This document shows positions 6,044-12,965 of a DNA stretch of 12,965 nucleotides, piece by piece. The notes under the pieces were generated by a model, which saw only the letters and a list, made by a program, of their open reading frames with translations, had not been told where the DNA came from and did not search any database. The translations under genes and the position numbers were made by a program. The stretch comes from Thermoplasmata archaeon. Its GTDB lineage: Archaea > Thermoplasmatota > Thermoplasmata > GCA-020350865. The first letter of the stretch is position 1, and each line of letters begins with the position of its first letter. Where the stretch lies: assembly GCA_020348445.1 (NCBI GenBank), contig CP070751.1, positions 2,520,497 through 2,533,461 on the forward strand, written 5' to 3'.

Positions 6044-9000
6044 TTATTTCCTATTCTTTTTTTTCCTTGATTTTTTGGAATAAACAAAAAAGATTGCAAT
6101 TATGCTGATGGTTGGGATGAGAATGTCCTGGAATTCGGGGAGGGTAAGATCACCCCAAGTTGAGGGATCGGTATCACTTGGGGTACTGGAATCAGGCCAC
6201 CAATCTCCGGTATCAGCATCCTCATCATAAACATATACTGCGAAACCAACTGTTTTATCATACAGTGGAGACGAACCAAAAGCTTCCTCTAAATAGATTT
6301 TAAATTCATAGGTAATATCAGAATCACCACTATCAAGACTTGATGCCGAATCTTGGCCTGCATTTCCAGTAAATACTCCATCATTCCACGCTCCACTTGA
6401 AACCCCATAGTCAGTGAGGGTGTCAGGGCCTGTGGTGTCCAAGCTTTGCCATTTAAAATCCTGCCCATCATCAAGGACTGTATCATGGAGGTGGTCGGTC
6501 TCAAACATGACCTCACAATAATCTCCAGAAGCTTCGGTTCCATCGTCGTTTCTTTTCACCATAATATATAACCAAGTACCGTCTTGCATAACCCAGACAT
6601 CGATATTTCCAGAAGTGTATGAATCGGCATCATCCCATTCACTTCCAGTAGTTAAGGCGCCATCTATTGTTGGTGGACTGCTTGTTGGTAGGGAGGTAAG
6701 TGCAGTAGTGGTACCTCTTGTTCCTCTTTTTGCAGGAAGGGTGATTCTCATCTTACCATCCTTTAAATCCAAAAACCTTGTTCTCGTATTCCTATCATTC
6801 GAATAATCCTTATTCTTATTGCTCCAATCCGTCGTCCTAATCAAATAACTGAAATTGCTATGTAATCCCATGGCATCTGAATCCACGCCTATCTCCATTT
6901 GGGAGAAATCGATTTCAGCCTCGACACCCAAAATCAAGTCTGTCCAGGCCCCTGAATCCTCAGTTAAAGCAGTGTACTTCTTAAACTCCCTTTCTACAAT
7001 GCTGCCCTCCTTACCCTTTACTACTATAAGATATTCAGCCCCTAATGAGATTTTACCCTCTGAATATCCAGTTGCTGAGTTATTGTCAGAATCTACGAAA
7101 ACATGGACTGTATCCAATCCACTGGCCTTTGATATCTGTTGAGAAGGACCTATATACACACGTACCTCCTTTCCCCTGAATCCCTCAGGAAAATTTGAAG
7201 GAAGGGTTGTGGTCAACCACATATCATCCCCATCAGGGTAATCCCGTATACCATCGGAATCCACGTCCTGGTCCTCGTATTTATCATCAACAAAATCGTT
7301 ATCAAAATCATTGGGATGCGGATCAATAGAATCCACTACTGTATCCCTATCACTGTCCACCCCACCCCTCGCTTGTGGTCCCACGTATTTCTGATTGTTA
7401 ATAGATGGCACTGATTTTCCTGCCAGCATCTCGCCATTTACATTAAAATAGAAAAACAGTTTGTCTGGCTCAGTGTATGAGGCATTATAGTTCCATATAT
7501 CGACATTTACGTTGTCCACATCGTTGATGGAATCCTGCAAAACAGATGTTTTATCCCAATCTCCAAATGCACCATCAATAATAATTTCATTGGGTGAATT
7601 GACATAAACATATTTGATTTTACCAGTGGATAGAAAAGCAACACCAGATTCCACTACCACATCATCCTTATTAGCTATTCTGAAGCCCACGGATTTTCCC
7701 CGTAGGCTCTGGGTGTTTGCATATATTACGACCGAGGCATAGTCAGCTACTTCCTTGTCGATTTGAAAAGTTGCAGAATTACCTACAAAATGTGCAGATG
7801 CAGAAAAATGTCCTTGCATTTGCAGCTGGACAGCGGCAGCGTTACTAGGTTTGGTGACTGTTATGGTTTTTAGCCTCACCTTTTGATTTAGGCTGTGTAG
7901 ATTCAACTCCAGAATATGTTGATTTGGATTTGGGAATACGATATCATCCAATTTTGTGGAACTCTGGCTTATTGATAGAACCCCGCCGATATTTGTGGCA
8001 ATCGTATCTGAGAAATCCTCGTAACCCTGAAAATCCTGGGTATGGAAGTAGACCTCCACAGGCTGTGATTTCATCATACCAATGGTAGAACGAGGGATTC
8101 CTGCTTCCAGTTCATCACCAGAGACAACACTTGCTACTTCCTCCCTCTTTTGAAAGTCAAACCAATTATGCTGATCTGGGGAGTCGAACTCGTACAGAAG
8201 GGAGGTAAGCACATTACCCTCCCTTCCATATATCTGAACCATATAATCTGCACCAGTTCCTCTTACAAAATAACCTGTGCTTGAATCACCATCCAAATCA
8301 ATGAATATATGGATGGTTTCCACATGACCTTCCAAGTCGCCTTCCAGAATCTTCCCTTTTACCTTGAGATTGAAAAATATGTTACCCTCGGCTTCTTTTA
8401 CTCCATATTCTGTGATATCGATATTCTCAATTGGAGTATCCCAGACTTCATCCTCATAGCCAACAATATCCTTCCAATCAGAAAAATCACCGTCCACCTC
8501 CATGGAGGGCTCAGATTCAGATAATTTTATCTGCAAATAGGGAACTAAAATAAGAAGTAATATAATCACAGGTATTATGATGAACTTCCAATTGCTGCTT
8601 TTTTTATCCAGATATCCTCTTTTTCTGTCAATGCCATTTGTAAATCCATTGCCATTTGTGATTCCGTTTGTGATTCCAATTCTTATATCTTTTAATCCGT
8701 TTGTTAATCCATTTGTTCGGCCATTTGTAAGCCCCCTTCTCGCCATAGCCAGGCCGTTTGTTAGACCATTTGTTAATCCATTTGTGAGACCATTGACTGC
8801 TCCTCTTCCAACCCTTTTAAATTCACGGGGTGTGATTCCCTCCTTTTTCTTTGAAATCCTGGAAAAAACCGTAATCTGTTCGGTCTCTTTTGGTTTTTTG
8901 GTGTCTGGGACATGATCCAATAAACCTTCTTCTTCTTCATCAGAAATTTCAGCCCCAGTAAAATATCTGATTAGATCTTGCTCCTCCTCTGGTTTTTTAG

Positions 9001-9148
9001 GGCCCCTCTCTTTGGGGGATTTCATTTTACAGATTACTTCATGAATTTTCTTTTCTTGGTTGGTATGAAACGAGCGGTTACAATACTGGCAAGCATATTT
9101 ATCAGTTTTTTCTGGTTTCTCCCCCGTGCTTTTTTTTGGCAATTGCAA
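6044..9148 (-). CDS. Large membrane/surface protein: C2HC zinc finger, GLTNG repeats, TM helix, two homologous acidic beta domains (DOMON/CBM9-like by resemblance) with a Ca-binding-like insert, a third IDG domain, and a PEF-CTERM-like tail, 1034 aa
   Basis: CQYC-x12-H-x3-C at aa 20-40. (L/I/F/R)TNG repeats at aa 118-172. Hydrophobic WKFIIIPVIILLLILVPYL at aa 187-205. VDGDFSDW, IDGAFGDW and IDGALTTGSEW domain starts. C-terminal PEF + hydrophobic + KKSRKKKNRK. Start is TTG (9148 or 9142). Confidence 0.9.
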   Translation of the reverse strand: MQLPKKSTGEKPEKTDKYACQYCNRSFHTNQEKKIHEVICKMKSPKERGPKKPEEEQDLIRYFTGAEISDEEEEGLLDHVPDTKKPKETEQITVFSRISKKKEGITPREFKRVGRGAVNGLTNGLTNGLTNGLAMARRGLTNGRTNGLTNGLKDIRIGITNGITNGNGFTNGIDRKRGYLDKKSSNWKFIIIPVIILLLILVPYLQIKLSESEPSMEVDGDFSDWKDIVGYEDEVWDTPIENIDITEYGVKEAEGNIFFNLKVKGKILEGDLEGHVETIHIFIDLDGDSSTGYFVRGTGADYMVQIYGREGNVLTSLLYEFDSPDQHNWFDFQKREEVASVVSGDELEAGIPRSTIGMMKSQPVEVYFHTQDFQGYEDFSDTIATNIGGVLSISQSSTKLDDIVFPNPNQHILELNLHSLNQKVRLKTITVTKPSNAAAVQLQMQGHFSASAHFVGNSATFQIDKEVADYASVVIYANTQSLRGKSVGFRIANKDDVVVESGVAFLSTGKIKYVYVNSPNEIIIDGAFGDWDKTSVLQDSINDVDNVNVDIWNYNASYTEPDKLFFYFNVNGEMLAGKSVPSINNQKYVGPQARGGVDSDRDTVVDSIDPHPNDFDNDFVDDKYEDQDVDSDGIRDYPDGDDMWLTTTLPSNFPEGFRGKEVRVYIGPSQQISKASGLDTVHVFVDSDNNSATGYSEGKISLGAEYLIVVKGKEGSIVEREFKKYTALTEDSGAWTDLILGVEAEIDFSQMEIGVDSDAMGLHSNFSYLIRTTDWSNKNKDYSNDRNTRTRFLDLKDGKMRITLPAKRGTRGTTTALTSLPTSSPPTIDGALTTGSEWDDADSYTSGNIDVWVMQDGTWLYIMVKRNDDGTEASGDYCEVMFETDHLHDTVLDDGQDFKWQSLDTTGPDTLTDYGVSSGAWNDGVFTGNAGQDSASSLDSGDSDITYEFKIYLEEAFGSSPLYDKTVGFAVYVYDEDADTGDWWPDSSTPSDTDPSTWGDLTLPEFQDILIPTISIIAIFFVYSKKSRKKKNRK
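6047..6139 (-). other. PEF-CTERM-like archaeosortase sorting signal
   Basis: The last 31 aa are PEFQDILIPTISIIAIFFVYSKKSRKKKNRK: PEF motif, TM segment, basic cluster. This is the tripartite layout of PEF-CTERM (archaeosortase C targets). Confidence 0.75.
8633..8797 (-). repeat. 12-nt (4-aa) degenerate xTNG repeat tract (GLTNG repeats)
   Basis: Encodes VNGLTNGLTNGLTNGLAMARRGLTNGRTNGLTNGLKDIRIGITNGITNGNGFTNG, with 9 TNG and 11 NG units. DNA units such as ccatttgttaat, ccatttgtgaga and ccgtttgttaga differ at synonymous sites. Confidence 0.93.
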
Positions 9149-9356
9149 TCCCCTGCCTTCACAATGTCAGTTTGCAATACGTGTATGAATTTTACGGCCT
9201 AAATATTTTTGAAAATAATATACTAGTCGAATTATAAATAATTATGCACAATCCGCCGAAATTCGCCTCTCAGGGCCCAAATCTATCGGTAAATGCTCAA
9301 AAACAAAATTTTAATAATTGCTCAGTCATATAGGACTACTATTGGAGAACTAAAGC
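9149..9356. promoter_or_regulatory. AT-rich divergent intergenic promoter region (surface protein / S8 protease)
   Basis: 208-bp gap between divergent starts. TATA-like TAAATATTTT (about 9200-9210), TTATAAATA (9232-9240) and TTTAATAA (about 9310-9317). GGAG SD at 9344-9347 before ATG 9357. Confidence 0.6.
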
Positions 9357-11348
9357 ATGGAACTATCGAAAAATATTGTATTGATATTGACCATTCTGTT
9401 GATAACATGTGCATTGACCGATTCCACAGGTTCACCTTCAGAGGATACAAACAACGAAAAGGAGGATGAGGCGCCAAAGTGGTGGGAAAACTGGTATCGG
9501 GATTCAAATCACAATAAAATCGACGATCTGATCGAGGATCTGGAGCCGTGGGAGAAAATCGGGATTTTCATAAATTACGAATGCCATCCTGAAGAGGAGG
9601 ACATAGAAAGACTCTCTTCGTTTGATTTAGATGTAAAATATGTTTATAACTATATTGATGTTATATGCGCTCGAAATGTTGTTGTTTTTGATGTACCTAA
9701 GATATCTGAATTACCTCGTGTAGTTATGGTTAAAATCGAGCCTAAGATCTATCCCGCCCTAGATGTAAGTGCAAGGGCTATTAAGGCCAGGGAATCTGAT
9801 CTATATTCTCCATATACAGCTTTTGACTTGGGCTTTACTGGAGATGACATCTCCATTGCTATTCTTGATACAGGCGTAGATGATGGTGGTGCGCTACCAA
9901 ACCAACATCATGAATCTCTGGATGACCTAGATGATAATCCTAGCACAACGGACCCAAAGTTTAAAGCTGGCGTAGATTTGACACAGGAAGAGAGTGTTTT
10001 AGCGCCCCGAGACGGCAGTTTCAATCCTGATGACACCCATAGTCACGGAACACATTGTGCCGGTGTTGCCATGGGTACCGGAGGTGAAACTGGGGGTGGT
10101 CAGCACATAGGTGTGGCACCACAGGCTAGATTGATAGATGTAAGGGTCGGAGAGGTCTGGGGCGGCAATGCCGGTGATTCCATAGCAGGTATTGAATGGT
10201 GTATCCAGCATAAAAATGAGTTTAATATTCGCGTTTTGAGTTGTAGTTTTGGCAGTAGATTCGGTGAAAGCGATGGTACGGATGAGGAATCTCAAACTGT
10301 TAATAATGCTGCGGATGCAGGATTGATAGTGGTGGCAGCCATGGGAAACGATGGAGAGAACCGCGTTACGGCTCCTGCTGCTTCAGACAAAGCTATTGCA
10401 GTTGGCTCTGTAGATGACATGGGCACAGTAGACAGAAGTGATGACACATTATCTGATTTCTCAAATACCGGTCCTAGGCAAGATGATGGCGATGATGACC
10501 ACATAGATGAATTGAAACCCGACGTAGTTGCTTATGGTGATGATATTACAGCAGCCCAAGCAAATACTAATTCAGGTACTGTTACATACTCGGGAACCTC
10601 AATGTCAACACCGCACGTAGCAGGTGTTGTAGCACTGATTCTGCATGCCAACTCCGAATTGACTCCTGAGCAGGTAAAGAAGGTTCTCCGTGTAACTGCT
10701 GAACCTAGAGGTGAACCTTCATATCCAGATTTAGATCCCAAATACAACACGCATTATGGATGGGGTATAGTAGATGCTGGTAAGGCAGTTGATATGGCTG
10801 CTGGTTTTAGGGATCTAACAATCAGTATAGATCATCCATCAGAAGATACAATTGTCAGTGGAACAATTGAGATAATGGGCTCGGCCTCTGTTATTATGGG
10901 TGGTGGTAGTGTAGGTTCGGTGGAGGTCTCTATCGATGATATTAACTTTCAGAGTGAAGTTCTAACAGCAGAGGGCACCACAGAGTGGAGTGTATCCTGG
11001 AATACGGCAGGATATGATGGGCCCCGGACGATATATGCGAAGGCGACTAGCGGCGAATATTCGGCCATAGCCTCTATTGATTTGATAGTTGACAACTCAG
11101 TTGAATATAATGGAGATGGAGGTCAGGAAGGAGACGAGGGCCCTCCTACAATTAATCTTGGATTTATGAGGGTCAGTATATATGCAGCAGCAGCGTTTAT
11201 AGGGATCATCGCATTTATTATCGTGGCAATTGTTGCAGCCGTGGTCCTCAGAAGGAGAAGAATGTACAGGGAGCTTCTTGCTGCAAGGCAGGCTCAGCAG
11301 GGCCAAGAGGTGGTTGTAGTAGAACAATATAAAAAGGGCTTGAGGTGA
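9357..11348 (+). CDS. Membrane-anchored subtilisin-like serine protease (peptidase S8) with signal peptide, propeptide, Ig-like domain and C-terminal TM, 663 aa
   Basis: ILDTG (D171), HGTHCAG (H230), AMGN (oxyanion N331) and GTSMSTPHVAG (S415). N-terminal hydrophobic signal. Ig-like ISIDHPSEDTIVSGTIEIMGSA...WSVSWNT. TM YAAAAFIGIIAFIIVAIVAAVVL followed by RRRR. Confidence 0.95.
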   Translation: MELSKNIVLILTILLITCALTDSTGSPSEDTNNEKEDEAPKWWENWYRDSNHNKIDDLIEDLEPWEKIGIFINYECHPEEEDIERLSSFDLDVKYVYNYIDVICARNVVVFDVPKISELPRVVMVKIEPKIYPALDVSARAIKARESDLYSPYTAFDLGFTGDDISIAILDTGVDDGGALPNQHHESLDDLDDNPSTTDPKFKAGVDLTQEESVLAPRDGSFNPDDTHSHGTHCAGVAMGTGGETGGGQHIGVAPQARLIDVRVGEVWGGNAGDSIAGIEWCIQHKNEFNIRVLSCSFGSRFGESDGTDEESQTVNNAADAGLIVVAAMGNDGENRVTAPAASDKAIAVGSVDDMGTVDRSDDTLSDFSNTGPRQDDGDDDHIDELKPDVVAYGDDITAAQANTNSGTVTYSGTSMSTPHVAGVVALILHANSELTPEQVKKVLRVTAEPRGEPSYPDLDPKYNTHYGWGIVDAGKAVDMAAGFRDLTISIDHPSEDTIVSGTIEIMGSASVIMGGGSVGSVEVSIDDINFQSEVLTAEGTTEWSVSWNTAGYDGPRTIYAKATSGEYSAIASIDLIVDNSVEYNGDGGQEGDEGPPTINLGFMRVSIYAAAAFIGIIAFIIVAIVAAVVLRRRRMYRELLAARQAQQGQEVVVVEQYKKGLR

Positions 11349-11352
11349 TGCA

Positions 11353-12498
11353 ATGCGCCCTCTCAGCTATTCTTCTATCTCAACATATATCGAGTGCCCA
11401 CTAAAATATAAACTCAAGTACATCGATGATTTAAAAGAGAAGCCAAAACCGTATCTTTCATTTGGCAGCTCTTTACATGATGCGCTGCAGTTCATGTATT
11501 CGTTCCGTCCCCCTCCTCCAAGCCTGGATGCTGTTTTAAAGTACTACGAGGAAAACTGGATTTCCGAGGGTTATGCAAATTACGAGGAGGAAGAGGGATA
11601 TTTCTCTTATGGTAAAGATATTTTGCGAGCCTTCTACATTACGAACATCAAGAAATTTAAACCACCTGTTGCTGTTGAATACAAATTCGATATCGAAATC
11701 GAGGGTGTGCCTGTCACGGGTTTTATAGACAGAATCGACAAGGTGGATGAAAACAAGGCCGAGATTATCGATTATAAATCAGGTAAGAACATCTTTGATA
11801 AATCCCATGTTGAGGAGAACGAGCAATTGACGATGTACCAGCTGGCAGTGGAGGATTCAGTGGGTCTTTCTGTTGGAAAACTCACACTCTATCATCTGCC
11901 TTCCCAGACTCCTGTGAGTGTAGGGGCTCGCGATCCAAAAAAAATCGAGAAGCTGAAAAAGAAAGTCAAAGAAGTATCAGAGAATATCGCAAATGGTGAA
12001 TTCCCAGCTAAAAAAGGCAGGTTCTGCCCCTGTGATTTTCCAGAGCACTGTCCTTATTACAGACATCTTTATTTAAAGGAAGAGGAAGTAAAAAAGGAAG
12101 TTACCAAGGTAAATATTCAAAAGACAATAGAGGAATACAGCGAACTAAAAGAAAAGGAGAGGGAGTTAAAGGATAAAATGAAGGTCTTGGCAGAGAAGAT
12201 ACATGTATATTGCGAGGAAAAGGGCCTTGCTCGGGTATTTGGGGACGAGCATGTTGTGACCAGGACAACATCTGAAAGAAAGGGATTTGACGAGGATAAA
12301 TTAAAGGAATTACTTGAACCCAAGGGCCTCTGGGAGAGGCTGCTTTGCTATGACGATGCATTAACAAAAGAGCTTCTTGATAGTGATGAGATAGATGATA
12401 CCCTGAAGAATGAGATAAGAAAATTAGAAGAAGTTAAAAAAACGATTCACCAGTTGCGTGTTAGGGAGCGAAAGGAAGAGAATGTGAATTCTTATTGA
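11353..12498 (+). CDS. PD-(D/E)XK RecB-family/Cas4-like nuclease (PDDEXK_1-like) with Fe-S-staple-type cysteines and a ~140-aa C-terminal extension, 381 aa
   Basis: LSYSSISTYIECPLKYKL start, GFIDRID, IIDYKSG and QLTMY (RecB QxxxY). Cys15 plus C225/C227/C233. GAGGTGA SD overlaps the S8 stop codon. Confidence 0.92.
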   Translation: MRPLSYSSISTYIECPLKYKLKYIDDLKEKPKPYLSFGSSLHDALQFMYSFRPPPPSLDAVLKYYEENWISEGYANYEEEEGYFSYGKDILRAFYITNIKKFKPPVAVEYKFDIEIEGVPVTGFIDRIDKVDENKAEIIDYKSGKNIFDKSHVEENEQLTMYQLAVEDSVGLSVGKLTLYHLPSQTPVSVGARDPKKIEKLKKKVKEVSENIANGEFPAKKGRFCPCDFPEHCPYYRHLYLKEEEVKKEVTKVNIQKTIEEYSELKEKERELKDKMKVLAEKIHVYCEEKGLARVFGDEHVVTRTTSERKGFDEDKLKELLEPKGLWERLLCYDDALTKELLDSDEIDDTLKNEIRKLEEVKKTIHQLRVRERKEENVNSY

Positions 12499-12500
12499 GG

Positions 12501-12518
12501 TTATTTTTATTTTTTTTT
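12501..12518 (+). terminator. Oligo-T archaeal-type terminator candidate
   Basis: TTATTTTTATTTTTTTTT begins 3 nt after the nuclease TGA. The T9 run is at 12510-12518. Confidence 0.55.
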
Positions 12519-12522
12519 ATGA

Positions 12523-12965
12523 AGTTTGGACGATCTAGGCAAGTTCCAAAACGGTTTGAATCCCCAGACCCCTGATACGGACGGAGATGGGATTCTAGAT
12601 TCGGTTGAGGTTTCTTTGCGGGACTCAGGCAAGGAGGGATACGATCCAAATATACAAGAAAAGATACCTCCAGAGATCAAAGAGGTTCAACTAAATGTGG
12701 AGGTTGCCTTGGATGGTTGGGCCAAACTCGTCGTGAAGGTCAAGGCCTTTGACTATGCCAGGATAAAGAGCATAGAGGTCACATATGATGGCAGGACCCA
12801 TACTGCAACCGAGTCCGGCGATTATTACAAGACAGAGTTTGGCCTTGGCAGGAATTTCATAGGAACCTGGTGCAGCTACGATGTGAAAGTCAAGGCTGCT
12901 GATTTTGCCGACAATTCTGTCGAGAAAAAGGCCCATTATGAGGGGACCTTCGAGAAGGTGGCCAA
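12523..12965 (+). pseudogene. Probable 5'-truncated fragment of a DxDGDG Ca-binding-repeat / Ig-like surface protein (open to the right edge; not in the ORF track)
   Basis: The frame after TGA (12520-12522) reads SLDDLGKFQNGLNPQTPDTDGDGILDSVEVSLRDSGKEGYDPNIQEKIPPEIKEVQLNVEVALDGWAKLVVKVKAFDYARIKSIEVTYDGRTHTATESGDYYKTEFGLGRNFIGTWCSYDVKVKAADFADNSVEKKAHYEGTFEKVA, with no stop. It begins mid-repeat, with no SD or signal peptide. TTG 12526 is the only nearby start. Confidence 0.6.

Noticed and set aside
9204-9243. Short inverted repeats TATTTT-TG-AAAATA and AATTAT-AA-ATAATT in the divergent promoter
   Set aside because: These are 6-bp A/T-only arms in very AT-rich DNA, likely by chance. They cannot be supported as operators without conservation data.
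12691-12936. 81-aa minus-strand ORF, and 12461-12649 (-)
   Set aside because: Antisense to the + strand DTDGDG/Ig-like frame, which has recognisable motifs. These ORFs have none.

Overview
Gene-dense archaeal window. Thermoplasmatota is my inference from GAGGTGA-type SD sites, a PEF-CTERM-like tail, GLTNG repeats and zinc-ribbon/coiled-coil genes; it is not a database result. Contents in order: (i) two minus-strand coiled-coil genes (a double-zinc-ribbon + coiled-coil protein, and a repeat-expanded coiled-coil gene that runs off the left edge and is absent from the ORF track), preceded by a nitroreductase; (ii) a PflA-like radical SAM gene plus DUF72 on +, converging on an AmmeMemoRadiSam-type radical SAM gene whose frame extends about 124 codons upstream of the track's Met and has no ATG/GTG/TTG start (ATC sits 7 nt after a GGAGG); (iii) a 1034-aa membrane protein (N-terminal C2HC zinc finger, GLTNG repeats, TM helix, repeated acidic extracellular domains, PEF-CTERM-like tail), divergent from a membrane-anchored S8 subtilase and a coupled RecB/Cas4-like PD-(D/E)XK nuclease; (iv) an apparently 5'-truncated DxDGDG-repeat gene fragment running off the right edge. 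I recognised no rRNA, tRNA, CRISPR array or transposase. The best candidate for an undescribed system is the zinc-finger/GLTNG receptor-like surface protein with its divergent membrane subtilase.
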